Origin: Octopus vulgaris
Taxonomy: Eukaryota
Direction: 5' to 3'
DNA: 64,000 nt
Assembly: GCA_951406725.2 (NCBI GenBank)
Contig: OX597828.1
Coordinates: 32,426,001-32,490,000 of the forward strand
Shown here one piece after another: positions 41,610 through 55,231 of the stretch (its first letter is position 1; the number at the start of each line of letters is the position of its first letter). The position numbers were made by a program, and so were the translations under genes. The notes under the pieces are model-generated. The model made no database searches, had not been told where the DNA came from, and saw only the letters and a list, made by a program, of their open reading frames with translations.

Positions 41610-42886
41610 TATACGTCTCAACACCAAAAAGTGAAGAAGGATAGTGAAGTGGTGTTTGGAGATAGTATAAAATGGACGCTCAATTGCAAACTGACGATTC
41701 TGAAACAGGATCTAAAAGCTGTCAATGAGAAACTGTGTCGTCAGAAACAATAAGTGAGAAGAAAACAATAAACACAAAAATTTAGCGGAAACAGGTTGCA
41801 GTGCACAGTGGCATGAGAGGAGAAGCAATATTCTATGTCTTCACAAGAAGACAGAATATTTCTGGAAGAAAATTTAGAGCGAGTAAATGGAGTTTAAACA
41901 AGGTGTCTGTGACTGGAAGAAATTCGAAGAAGTTATTGTCTTTGCGTCACACACAAGGCAAATAGCATTGATGCTGATACACCTATGACTCTCAATCCAG
42001 AAACTTCAAGATGTAAAAGTACTTGGAAGAGATTTGATTGTTGTACAAGAAGCTAGCCTTCTGCCGACCATATGTTATCAACCTGTAGCAGCAAGCTCTC
42101 AATGGGAATAATAGCATACCAGATTGGCTAGCAATTGCAGACCCACATCGTAAGCAGTTGTCCGAAAATGTCTTCACGGTACTATCTACCGATGAGACAT
42201 AATGTAGCTAGGATATTTTGTAACGGAATCTGTCAGAAGGATAACCCCGAGGACAAAGAAAAAAGAACTCACAGTATGGTGGAAGCCATAGCCGCTCTTA
42301 ATAAAAAGGCGTACTGGTGGAATGTGTCCGAGAAAACCTCAATAATAAATAGTAAACACAATAGAGTTGACATAATGATTTGTGGTAGAAAAGAGAAATT
42401 GTGTACAGTTGTGGAAATCAGCTGCCCACCTGAAGATCAGTGAAAAAGAAAATACCTACGCCGAACTATTGATAAATTTGCAGTTACTCTATCCAGAATA
42501 CATATTCAAGTATTGTAATTATTGGGGCACTGAGATATGTAAAACACTGCCTAAATACCAATCTTCAGAAATTAGGCATTTGCAAAACAGAAAGGGGAAA
42601 ATTGATTCGAAGACTGCGGATGAAGTCTATCACTGGAACTCTAAAAATCAAAAAAAAGAAATTACAGAAGTTTATCAATGAAATTGACATGAACATGACT
42701 AGATACGCAACTGCATGCAGCGTTCAGCATACAAACATAAAACAAAGCATACAAATCTTCACGTATACATACATAGGAAATGTCCTGTTAATGCTGTTCA
42801 AATTCCAAGGAAGGAGCCTTAGATCTAGGTTGGAAACTGGCTCTTTCTCTATTTGCAAGCGATCTTGAAATAAAACTGAATATTGA
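41610..42886 (+). mobile_element. Internally deleted R4/Dong-like RLE retrotransposon ending in (CATA)n
   Basis: PDWLA joined to HIVSSCPKMSSRYYLPMRHNVA, then KHNRVDIMI..TVVEISCP, KISEKENTYAEL and VIIGALRY. The 3' UTR runs into (CATA)n. Confidence 0.8.
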
Positions 42887-42912
42887 CATACATACATACA
42901 TACATACATACA

Positions 42913-42943
<31 letters not shown>

Positions 42944-43019
42944 GTACATATATACATATATACATACGCACACACTCATGCATACGTGCATACATACATA
43001 TATGCATGCATCAGCTATA

Positions 43020-43440
43020 TAGCTGTAATTCTTCGGGCCCTGCGTTATGTAACACACTGCGTAAATACCAATCTTGCGGAATTAGGCTTCTCAAAATCAG
43101 AGAGAAGAAAGCTAATTCGAAGACTATAGACCCAATCCATCACTGGAACTGTAAAGTCTGTAAAACATTCCAGTTTATCATTTAGATATATATGATATGA
43201 TCATGTCTAGATATGCAGCTATATGCATGAGATTACATACATACATACTTACATATATACATAAATGCATGCATACGTACGTACATAGATACATAGATAC
43301 ATACATACATACGTACCTACATACATACATACAAAAATACCCTGTTGTTGATGTTGAAATTCCAATGAAGGAGTCTTGGATCTAAGTTAGAAACCGGTTC
43401 TTTCTCTATTGGCAAGGAATCTTAAAATAAACTGAATGAC
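43020..43440 (+). mobile_element. Second 5'-truncated copy of the same RLE element 3' end
   Basis: Aligns by eye with 42514-42886 (gtaatt..gggc.ctg.g.tatgtaa.acactgc..taaataccaatctt; ...gaaattccaatgaaggag...aaactgaa), flanked by (CATA)n-type repeats. Confidence 0.8.
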
Positions 43441-43739
43441 ATACATACATACATACATATGCACACACACACGTAGGCTAGAAATAGTATTCACGAACTC
43501 GTTACTTGTCACACTAGCTAATTTATTTCCTTTTAACATATTTACGGTTAACATTCCTTTGCTATAATGTTTGTCTGGTATTGATTACTCTCTTAACCAT
43601 TGTTGTCTGCTTTTTGTAACGCAGGTAATATAAATATGCGTGTGCTAGTGTGTATGTGTGTGCCCGAGTGTGAGATGGGAGTATGATTATGTCCTTTAAT
43701 CTTTTGATTAATACCGTTCATACAACAACTTTATGTTAC

Positions 43740-44511
43740 TTTGTTTGCATGCGCAGTGAGCTAGCAGTGACCTTCATGAGGGCGTTGCCGAGTGACATTG
43801 CTGTGTATACTTCACAATTTGTGAAATTTGTGCTTTTGTGATTTCGTCTATGTGGTAGTCTGTGATTTTGTCATGGACAGGAACAAAGAGCATGCTTTGG
43901 CAAGCTTACGGAGACGATGCATTAATTTGTACGCAAGGTTTCGAGTAGCACGGGAGCTTCAGAAACGGAAGATGATGAGTGATCTGGAATGCCTAACACG
44001 AAGGTCACCTCCGAAAATGTGAATTTAGGCATCGAAAATTCGTCCCCCCATGGCCAGACCGTCAGTCGAGAGTTCTACTGCGATATGTTGAAGCATTTGT
44101 GGGAGAACATTTGGCGAAAGCGAATGGATCTGTAGAGCGCGAAGAATTGAAGTCTTTACGAGGAAAATACAGCCTATCATCGAGTTATCCTCAATCGTGA
44201 GTATTGCTTCCACACCCGTCCTCTTCGCCAGATTTAGCACCTGTGGACTTCAATCTCATCCACAAGATGAAAATGCAGCTCAAAGGTGGCCGTTGTGGCA
44301 CCATTGTCGAGATCTAGAGTGAATCGCAGAAAGGGCTGACTCGCTTAAGAAAATCGACTTCCAGGCCGGATTCCAAAAGTGGAAGGCACGCTGCGACCGG
44401 TGTATTGGTGTACAAGGTGCCCATTTAGTAGGAGATGAGGTCAAAACAGAAGTGAATAAGTTATTTCCTATTAAATATAACTAGTGCGAGAACTCTTTTA
44501 TACCATTTAGT
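43740..44511 (+). mobile_element. Decayed mariner (DD34D-type) transposon remnant
   Basis: HPSSSPDLAPVDF..IHKMKMQLKG (YSPDLAPxDF), an ETEDDE*SGMP remnant of DDERSGRP, and a right-end TIR-like tagtgcgagaactcttttataccatttagTA. Confidence 0.75.
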
Positions 44512-44588
44512 ATGGACATTTGAATGAATGCTTGTTTAGATTACCCAAAAGCGTAGATAACGTGGAGCGAGATATTCTCATAGAAATT

Positions 44589-44988
44589 AGGAGTGGCTGT
44601 TTGGTAAGTAGCTTGCTAACCAACCACATGGTTCCGGGTTCAGTCCCACTGCGTGGCATCTTGGGCAAGTGTCTTCTGCTATAGCCCCGGGCCGACCAAT
44701 GCCTTGTGAGTGGATTTGGTAGACGGAAACTGAAAGAAGCCTGTCGTATATATGTATATATATATAAGTGTGTGTTCCCCTGTGTTTGTTCCCCTAGCAT
44801 TGCTTGACAACCGATGCTGGTGTGTTTACGTCCCCGTCACTTAGCGGTTCGGCAAAAGAGACCGATATAATAAGTACTGGGCTTACAAAGAATAAGTCCC
44901 GGGTTCGATTTGCTCGACTAAAGGCGGTGCTCCAGCATGGCCGCAGTCAAATGACTGAAACAAGTAAAAAGAGTAAAAGAGTAAGAAT
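44589..44988 (+). mobile_element. tRNA-derived SINE family 1, full-length copy
   Basis: A-box-like gtggctgtttggt, B-box ggttcagtccc, CORE-like cttgggcaagtg, internal microsatellite, tail ccagcatggccgcagtcaaatgactgaaacaagtaaaa; more than 10 related copies in the window. Confidence 0.9.
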
Positions 44989-45532
44989 ATTTATACTTGT
45001 GATAGATTTCAGAGATGAAATCTATATTACCCTGTAGTGACAGGGACATTCTTATGAGTAGACAGCAGTAATAATATATGAGGAAGAGTCATAGTTCTAA
45101 AGTTACAAAATGTAGAGAAAATTATTTTCGTTTTATTAAATTAGAGAATTTATTTTTATTTAATCAAAGAAAGATGTTTTAATGTACAATAATTATAGTA
45201 TTTCAGTGATGATAGTCAATAGTAATTTAATACAATAAGACATTAAAAATGCAGGTGATGTGTAATTCGTGATGAATAAAGAAAAGTTTGGTTTGTATAA
45301 AGAAAATTAAACACGTAGCTTGATTCGTCTGTATGTAATATACTAATGGGAAAAGAATATTAATACATTTCTTCGTTTTAATTTTTTATTTTAAGATTGA
45401 GAATTTGTATGATAATATATGTCGTTTATGCGATAGAATATGGCAGAGTATATAAGCTAATATATATTAAGATAGATTATAGAAGTAAATATCTATGAGA
45501 TAGTTGAAAACTCCAAATAACATAATTGTCAC

Positions 45533-45570
<38 letters not shown>

Positions 45571-45891
45571 CATACACATACACACATGCACACATATATG
45601 TATGCATACATGTATACATATATATGCATACATATGTATACACACACACACACATATATATATATATACAATTTGTATATGGACACAGTGAATTGGTAGT
45701 GTATGTAGGGGCTTGTCAATCTGGAATTATCCAATTATAACCACACTAAACGGCCTTTATTAAATGAAATAAACTCTTTCGTGACAACGAATGACATCTC
45801 AGAATTAAGTTTTCATGAACGTGCTGAGTGTAAATATACACAGCTTGATTTTTTAAAGTCATTATATTTTGCTTCGACAGATTTATATATA

Positions 45892-47210
45892 CAGGGTTCC
45901 CCCAAAACATGTACTCAATCTTTGACTTCCCAGCACTAATGTATTTTGTGTTCAAGCAGATGGTTATTGATATACATACAATCCTAAATATCTAAATTAA
46001 ATTCAGGAAAATATATTCGTGTAGAAACGATTATTTATTGTCATTTAGAATTATTTAATGTTCTCTCTCCTTCCTGCGAGTTCGCAAATGTTCAAACTGC
46101 TTTTCTTTATTTTCCAAACAAAGCTAACGTCCAACAATGGATTCGACAACATTGTCAAACATTGCATTTGGAATTGCAAGGCATTGTATTCGAATTTCAT
46201 TTTTCAAATCATCAATTGTCACAGGTTTTACAGCGTAAACTTTATCTTTGAGATGTCCTCATAAAAATAAAAACCCATTGCCGTGAGGTCTAGAGAACGT
46301 GCAGGAAATTCAAGGCTACCTCTTCTCTCAATCTATTTGTTTGGATTTGTTGCATCGAGGTAAGCCCGTACATCCCGATGGTAGTGAGGGGGAGCTCCAT
46401 CTTGCTGGAAGTAAATCTCCTCGCCCCCAAACATCTCTTCAATTCGTGGACCGACATTTTCCACCAGTAAGTTTCAGTAAACTGGGCCACTGACAGTTTG
46501 GTAAAAAAAGAAATTGGCCCAACGATACCCAATGTTGACATCCCATACCATACTGTTACGCCTAGTAAGTTCAGATGGTGCTCCTTAGTAAAATGTGGAT
46601 TTTCACGGGTCCAGTGTGTACAATTTTGTCGGTTGACTGAACCATTTAACTTGAAAGTGGTCCCATCGCTCCATAAGATTTTCTCAGGAAACGTTGCATC
46701 CTCTGCGAATTAGTTCAGATACCATTTGCAAAATTGAAATCAGGATCATCTTCATTGAGAGCTTAAATTGAAGTTGGAACGTAACTTTTCCAATGAGCTC
46801 GTTTCAATATCCGATGAACTCTCGATTTGGGGATTCCTATCTCACGACTCAATTGTCTTACGAATTTCTTTGGGGATCGGGAAAGCGTTTCCATTAATTG
46901 GGGGTGTCTATTGGGACTGGTGGATGTTCGTAGCCTTCCAGAACTTTCTTAACAGTTCCGTACGCTTCAAATGTATCTCTGATGCAAGCAATAGTGCGTC
47001 GTATTGGTGGTTTCTTGTGAAACTGTCTGTTAAGTTGCGTTTGCACTTCAGTGACATTTTCGTGCTTCCAGTAGCAATTTAATATATTTTTCCCTCAAAG
47101 CTTGGTTGTGCATTTGCAATTGTGAAGGGTTCATTGTGTTTGAAATAAGAAAATACAATGCATTAGCAATCGTGTGTCAAAGAATGAATACATCTTATTG
47201 GGACACCCCG
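45892..47210 (-). mobile_element. Full-length decayed Tc1/mariner-superfamily transposon (rosa/DD41D- or maT-like) with TIRs and TA target duplication
   Basis: TIRs TA|cagggttcccccaaaacatgtactcaatctttgac and rc TA|cggggtgtcccaataagatgtattcattctttgac. Motifs [36 protein letters not shown] and [17 protein letters not shown]. Confidence 0.88.
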
Positions 47211-47454
47211 TATAAAATATATATATATATATATAGGCATAATTAAATCTCAGAATGAGATTGAAACAGTAATCGCTCGATAATGTAAAGTATAGAAGCC
47301 ATCTTATCATGGCTAACCACATTGGGGAGGGGGTGTTACTGTAGCTTTATAGCCCCAAGAGATGTTCGTCTCTAGCTGGCTTTAGACACAATATGTGTGT
47401 CCTTGGAGTATTTGCAAAGGGAGGCCATGCCTTCCTCGCAAGCCTGAGTGATAC

Positions 47455-47495
47455 GCTCGAACTAGTTTCGGGATTGTTGTCCCTCGTCAACGGGC
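47455..47495 (-). ncRNA. Degenerate minimal type I hammerhead motif in a probable PLE 3' end (~47236-47590)
   Basis: GCCCG-UUGACGA-GGGA(caacaa)UCCC-GAAA-CUAG-UU-CGAGC, with a C3U change and one stem I mismatch. The element runs into (TA)n at ~47235. Confidence 0.6.
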
Positions 47496-47593
47496 GGTAA
47501 CCACCAGGTCGCGATGAAAGTGAAGGCTGCTTTGCAAACATATATAAGTTTTTCTAATGGCGTCTGCCACTGATGTCGAAAAACGAACAGTAA

Positions 47594-47772
47594 GCCTCGG
47601 GCCGACCAAAGCCTTGTGAGTGGATTTGGTAGACGGAAACTGAAAGAAGCCCGTCGTATATATGAATGTATATATACACGTGTGTGTGCTTGTGTGTCTG
47701 TGTTTTTCCCCCTAGCATTGCTTGACAACCGATGCTGGTGTGTTTATGTCCCCGTTACTTAGCGGTTCGGCA
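47594..47772 (+). mobile_element. SINE family 1, internal fragment
   Basis: Nearly identical to 44684-44853. Confidence 0.85.
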
Positions 47773-48155
47773 AGTGTGTGCGAGTGTCTGGGTGTGTGCG
47801 TGTGTGTAAGAAAACTGTGTGTTGTCATTTATGTATTGTTTGCATATATGTGTAAGTGACACTCTACTCGATCTCTCTTTCTTTCACACACATTATCTTT
47901 CATATAAACGTACATAAATACATATGCATACATTTTTTTGTATATGTATATGTAAGTGTGTGCCCCCCGTAGTTGGTCGCTTATCGACTTTTATTGAAAT
48001 CCAGTTAGACTATAATTGAACTGCATGTTAGTTCAACATGTATACAAGGTTTGGTGAAGAGTGTTTCCCTGGTTTGGGCAGCAAGATGGTAACAGTCAGA
48101 CGCACAGACAGAATTTGCCATTTATATATATATATATATATATATAATATAAATA

Positions 48156-48447
48156 TCACGTGATCACGTGACCGACCAGACCATCAGCTGTTGTTACACA
48201 TCGCTGGTCACAATGCGTTCGCATTGTTTTAGCCTTCGAATGACACCACCCCGCTGGCTAAGCGAGCAGGCCAACAGAAGAAAGAGTGGGAGAACGAGTG
48301 GTGAAAGAGTACAGCAGGGATCACCACCCCCTGCCGGAGCGTCGTGGAGCTTTTAGGTGTTTTCGCTCAATAAACACTCACAACGCCCGGTCTGGGAATC
48401 GAAACCGCGAGTCCGCTGCTCTAACCACTAGGCCAGTGCGCCTCCAC
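48156..48447 (-). mobile_element. tRNA-derived SINE family 3
   Basis: Head tggcctagtggttagagcagcgg...ggtttcgattccc; 3' end cacgtgatcacgtga then (TA)n. Confidence 0.88.
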
Positions 48448-49624
48448 ACACACACATATATATATATATATATCAGATATATATAGTGATGTGTATTTAC
48501 ATATATAGTAAAGTGGAACATATTTAATTCAGTAATTGTTGAAGTGAGATTGGAAATTATATTAGCTGTTTACTACTACACTACCCAAGATACATTTCCC
48601 AATCATGGAATAATCGTGGAATTGTACGTGTTCATTCTTCAGTTCTTAATTAAGAACTGAGCTCTAACTATTATTAATACATACTATCAGCACTAATGTA
48701 ATATGGTTTCTTTGCACATTAAAATATATTACAATTAGAGAACCCATTGATACTTCTTACACAGCCTTACATAATGAATTAACAAGCACAGAACCTGCTT
48801 TGTCTTATATCACAACAATAAGAATAATGCATTTCATGGTATTCAGTGTCGTCTCAATCGTTAATTTGGAATACATTTAAAAGTTTTTTTATTGGGAGAT
48901 ACTAGATTGTAAAGATTGAACCAGAATGTCACTGAAGTTCAGTGACATTTGCCACCCTGAGATTCATCATTTATTAACTAATAAATGTATACATTTAAGA
49001 AACTTGTTGTTCCATTTAGGTCTAACTTTCAAAGTCAGTGGGAACTTAATTAGTGACTATAGTAACACACGGTCAAAAACTATTGATCAATTAAGACGCT
49101 TATCAATCCATAACGCAACAGTGAGTTTCAGTTAAAGAAATGTGTTTTTCTGAAGATAACATTTAATGTCCCTTGCTAGATAATGAGAAGCAATGAGGAC
49201 AGAGAGAAACTGGTGATTAAAAATAGTTTGGTATGATTAATAAATTATGGTTTGTTTAATTTTTTGAATTATTTGGGATTTTACGCTTCAGTTACACTAA
49301 TAACTTGATGTTTATTTTCTGCATTTTGAAATGCTCTCGTTCCGTGGTATTGTGAAGTGTGTTTAGACGCAATTAATCTAAAACAGAGAGTCTTATGTAT
49401 TCCTTTTATATTTTATATTAACCAAATTCACGTTTTAGTTGTTTAAATATTTCCACAGGATTTTGGAAGTTAGTAATGTGATTTGCTTAGATTCAAGTTA
49501 AAATTCCAAATATATTGTAAATGTTAATTAGTAAAACCTAACAGATTATGTCTGTTTGACAATTAGATATGCTTAGATATTTTAAAACATAGTTTATAAT
49601 ATTCGTCATGAATATAGATACATG

Positions 49625-49743
49625 TTCATTTCATCCTTTCGGGCTCCATCAATTAAATACCTGTTGCGTACGGGAGGGGGGCTCTAATCGACTGACCTCC
49701 TCCCCAAAAATTTCGGGCCTTGTGCCTAGAGTAGAAAAGATTA
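49625..49743 (+). mobile_element. SINE family 2, 3' fragment
   Basis: tttcatcctttcggg...aaatttcgggccttgtgcctagagtagaaaagatta. Confidence 0.7.
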
Positions 49744-51680
49744 TAGATACATGTTGCTTCTTCTCCGTAGAGAAATACGAAGTTTGTAAAGCGTCATTGG
49801 ATGCCAGCGTTATCTTAATAAGCAATCGCCCATTGCGTAGAAAGACGGGTAACAAAACATATTTTCTCTTCGGCCTTTCCTTTGTTCCAGTCATTGAACT
49901 ATCATCATGTTGTGCACAATCCTGAAGGGATTAATCGAATAAATCGACCTTACTAATTTATTTAAAGCCTTGTACTTAGGCTATCGATCGCTTTTGCAGA
50001 ACAAACACAAAAACACACTTGCTCGCTCAAACGCGCGCGTGTACACGCACATACGGGTATATACACCCCAACCCAACACACACACATACATATATAATGG
50101 CTTCAAAAGTTTGGCACAAGACCGAGAAATTTTGTGCGTAGCGGAGTCGATTGCACTGACTCCAGAATTCAAACAAATATTTACTTCATCGACTCTGAAA
50201 CATGAATCCGGAAAAAATGCTTCGAAGCACTATGCCCAACGTGTTTCACCCCTACCTTCTCCATCCTTGATTCTGCCAGTTAAACACTAATTCTCAGAAT
50301 AAATACTGCTTTCATACCTTATAGAGATTTTTCCTAACTAGCGAGTTCGCTAGTTGCAATATCAGAGCTATGCATCACTTATTTTCAATATATTGAGTTT
50401 TCAAACCTCTCATAAATATTTACTTCTATAATCTATATTAATACATATTGCGCTATTTCTGACGGATGAGTATACATCACCGAGGATCACCATAAGAAGG
50501 TCGAGGCTGTACATTTCTGTTATAGTTGCAGTACTTGACGTAGGATTTTCCTGCTTATATTTTGGATTTCTGTTTTCCTGCAATCTTTTCATTTATATTC
50601 TGAACCGGAAGAATATCCTCGTGTTTGCACTGGACCATTGAGTGTTTTGGGGCCAGTGCCTCTGTGAGGAACCTCACTTCCGCATTTCCTCGTGTGAGGA
50701 AATCAATCAGTCCAAATGTACTTCAAGCATTTTTCTACTTGGATGTGTGACGCATAGAAATTTTTCCTCTCGTTAGCGACATACATCTGTGTATGATCGT
50801 CCTTCTGGTCGTCTTCTCCATCAAACTTGGGATAGCAATCTTGGTTTTCCTATCTCCTCTGTTGAGGAGTTTTTCTACTTCACTCAGGTAGGCATGTTTA
50901 CCGTCCAAGGGAGATTTGCTCCTGTAATCTTGTTACTCCTGCTAAGGAGTTGTTTATATCGTTTCTATAATTGTTGGTGTTGACTACATCGTTTCTGCTA
51001 ATGATGCTGTTCCTGTCGTTGTTAGTGTTACTCGGAACAAAAGCGGCGCTTTTCTTTGTGGTGATGCTCATATCATCGACCGAAGTAGACAAGCTACTTG
51101 CTAACGAGGGGAAATAATTTATATCGTACCTGTGCTGCATACCTTCCTCTCCCGGCAAAGATGTTACTGTTGTTATCGTTACTGCTGCTATTGTTGTTGT
51201 TGTTGATGCTACTGCTGTTGCTGTTTTTGTTGCTGTTCGTAGAGGTAGTGGCAGAGGTGATGATGACGGTCAGTGGTGTAAGCCTGGCTGTTGCTTGTGA
51301 TTGGGATGGTCATCTTGTTTTGCCTCAACAGGCGAATAACTGTCACCCCCTCTCATTTTTGTAGCAAGACAATTCTCTGTCTTTCCCCTCTCTCATTGAC
51401 GACTGAAACTCGCTCGAAACTATTTGTTGCTGCCATTGAGCAAAAATTCTAAATTCTTCCACGTAGAATAACATATGGAATAACTTCGATATGTCCCCCA
51501 AGAAACAGGGGGAGTTTTAATAAAACAGGAACTCACCAGCAGAAAATGGATCTCTTATTGTCGACCCTGGTGGAAAATGACAGGAAAGCACCGCTATTTT
51601 CCGGAGAACACTGACGATTTTCGGAAATGAAACAAGGAAGCAAGGTCAAGCGTGTCTTCCTCGACTGGCGGCCATAATGC

Positions 51681-51734
<54 letters not shown>

Positions 51735-52563
51735 CCTGGTGCAGTACCAGTCATTGACCCTCATAGCTCTTGATCTTTACTGATTCGAAGTGTTATCACG
51801 TACATGGTTTGTTTTGACAGCAAATATTCTGCCCAATAAGATTTACTTGTCTGTTGTTTGACCTTAACCAGTTGAGAATTCCCTTGCCGGTTGGCGATAT
51901 GTGCATCTCTGATCACGAGCAGAAATAGTAGGGGAGCATCATAGCCATGTTTTCAGGAGTATGATTTGGGGTTTGAATAATTCATCTCTGGAAACATAGG
52001 AGTTTCGTTCAACATCCTTATAGAACCTTTAAGCACGACTTGAATAAAAATCTAACTGGGCCCCAGTTGTGAGATCATGTGCTGTTTATCTTCGAATAAC
52101 ATCGCCATGTCGCACACATGGCTGTGATTTATGTGCCTTGTGTACCTTTATGAGACGTGCAGTCATAATGTATATGCTGGGCTTCATATATTTTACCTCA
52201 GTTTCACTTTTGAATTGCATACGCTGCTCCCACACTCAATAATGATATTTTTCTCCGCGTTAATGAAATTTAAAAGGGGTAAGTTTCACAGATGACATAT
52301 TGTTTAAGTTGCAGTGATGCCGTTACCAATATAAATTTGAAAATGTTACTTCGGCAACGAATGTTTAACGCAATTTTCCAGCACTTGCGCTGCAGTCGTT
52401 CCAAACTTAATATGAATACTTTTAAAAGTCAATAAATATATAACATGAAACAAAATACAATTCAGTAATTTTACTTTGAGCCATAAGACACTCACAACAC
52501 ATGAAAATGTGCTTTTGTGTGATATAAAATATAAATTGTTATAAATTGACCTGAGGCAAAAGT

Positions 52564-52628
<65 letters not shown>

Positions 52629-52657
52629 TGTGTGTGGGTGTGAATACTTATAAATAT

Positions 52658-52714
<57 letters not shown>

Positions 52715-53312
52715 TGAATGTGCTATTTACAGCGGAATCCAGCTTGTTTAGATTATAGGTTTATAAAAAAAAAGGAATCTGGACAAACATCAAAGGAAAT
52801 AGGAATCTAAGCTTTCTGTATATCCAACTTTAAGCAGTAACGCATCTATGTTTCCTGTTAGATTTTGCAATGGGAGGAGCATGAAGTAAACCTAATTTTA
52901 TATATTGTACACATTGATAACTTCTATTTTTCTGTTGAACTGAAATACCATTTCCTTTCGTGATTGTTAGGCATTACAGGGCAGAAACGTGAGTAATTCT
53001 GCTTGACAATTCTATTTCTGATCTTCCAAACACTACGCATGCAATAGGTCACGCATTTCTATTTTAAGGAAAGAAATTGTGACATGAACACACGATATAA
53101 CACATATATTTACAGGGGTATATGTTCTGTCTTCAATATCTATGTATTTGCCTGTCTTTCTATCTAACAATTTATCTATGTTTCTATCTGTTATTTCTCT
53201 TTCTCTCTCTCTCTCTCTCTGAATATATATATATATATAAACACTTCGCAAACTAATCCTAATATTGATTTCTGAGATGTACATATTTTGCTTATACAAG
53301 TGATCATACCTA

Positions 53313-53416
<104 letters not shown>

Positions 53417-53596
53417 TAAAACACTTCCATAACCCACGCTGACTCTCTCCGTCTCACCTCTTCTCTTTCCCTCTCCTTCTCTCCCTGTCTCTGTATATAC
53501 ATTGCTATATTGATAGAGACAGACAGATAGATAAACAGAGACAGAGTGAGAGAGAGGGAGAAAGAGGTAGGGACGTTAATATAATACATGCATAGG

Positions 53597-53782
53597 ACGG
53601 CGGTATTTTTCTGCCGCTACGTTCTGAGTTCAAATTCCGCCGAGGTCGACTTTGTCTTTCAACATTTCGGGGTCGATGAATTAAGTACCAGTTACGCACT
53701 GGGGTCGATACAGTCGAATTAATGCGTTAGTCTGTCCTTGTTTGTCCCCGCTATGTTTGCCCACTGTGGGCAATAAAGAAAT
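53597..53782 (+). mobile_element. SINE family 2
   Basis: Same body as 7992-8160, with the alternative tail gtctgtccttgtttgtcccc...gggcaataaagaaata. Confidence 0.85.
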
Positions 53783-53810
53783 ACATATATATACATGCAT
53801 TCTTTTGTAA

Positions 53811-53854
<44 letters not shown>

Positions 53855-54693
53855 ATATACATATGTATGTATATACTTTCCGCGCGCACGTACGTATAGA
53901 CGTGTGTGTGTGTATGTGTTTGTTTCTCGGTGTGTATTTTAGTCCGTTAGTCGATGGCTTCTTGATTGTAAGATTATATATTTCTAACTTATTAACTCTA
54001 CGTATATGCATCACTATTATTTGGCTGAATCTGCCTTGGCGATTGCATGTTACGTATATTATCGAAAACAAATGTAATTTGAAATGCAATCGAAAAAAGC
54101 TTTGGTATCTGATAATTTATATCTCCTGGATATTCACCTATATCACCAAACAACATACACAATTCCATGACATTATATATTATGGAATGATGGCGATATT
54201 CTTGTAAGTTTGTAATATGCATTTCAGCTAATATAGAGTCATTGAAAGCTGATTTCTTCAAGTCAAATTACACGTTACATAACTCTGATGGATATTCTAA
54301 TTGTCACGGTCAGCTTTATGATGTTCTACTATTCGCAAAATTTCTATTTCCGCTGCATGTAGATACATACGAGCTAAGGATATACAGCCAATCAGTGTCG
54401 CATATATTTATTTATCAACGGTTTGATCAACTATCCACATATACACAATAACACTATTATATACCTCGTCACAGTTATATGGGGAAATATATGCATGTAT
54501 ATCAATAAATAAATCTCTCTGCACACATACTCACACACAAACACATATACGCACACAAAAACACACAAATACACGCAAGCACACACAAACACACACCCAC
54601 ATATAGGCTGCAATGGGTAAACTGACGTTGAAATTAGTCAAATTAGGACACATATATCTCATGGTAGACCAAATGAAAACACCAACAATTCAG

Positions 54694-54802
<109 letters not shown>

Positions 54803-54837
54803 TTGATGTTGTTGTTGTTGTTGTTATTATTATTATT

Positions 54838-55231
54838 ATATGTTTGGCTTTTGCCTTGTATGTGTAGAACTTGACCCCAAGTCTTACCCAGAGACACCAA
54901 GAGACAACAATTTAGAAGTTCAAGTTGGTGTTATGACTAGAGTGCCATATATTTGGTTTTGCACAGAGTATTGCTCTAGAGAACGTCTGTCAGAACATAA
55001 GTAAATTAGAAGTTTGTTTTAAAAGTAATTTGATTATAAGATGATTGTCAGATGTTAAGATAACAAAAAAAGGTATTTGCTGTTATGTACATTTAAAAGT
55101 ATTTTCACACTATTTACAGATTAAAATATTGGGGGGGATTATATAGACAGTATTTAAACGTAGGATATGGACAGTCCCCATGGTCATTTGTTTTTAAAAT
55201 TTATTCCAATTCTGGATTTCCTGGTATCTGA
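54838..55231 (-). mobile_element. 3' end of a Dong-like RLE retrotransposon in a (TAA)n tract
   Basis: Minus-strand AQIPGNP..MGTVHILR C-terminus; 3' UTR ctgggtaagacttgggg...aaaagccaaacat followed by (TAA)n. Confidence 0.75.
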
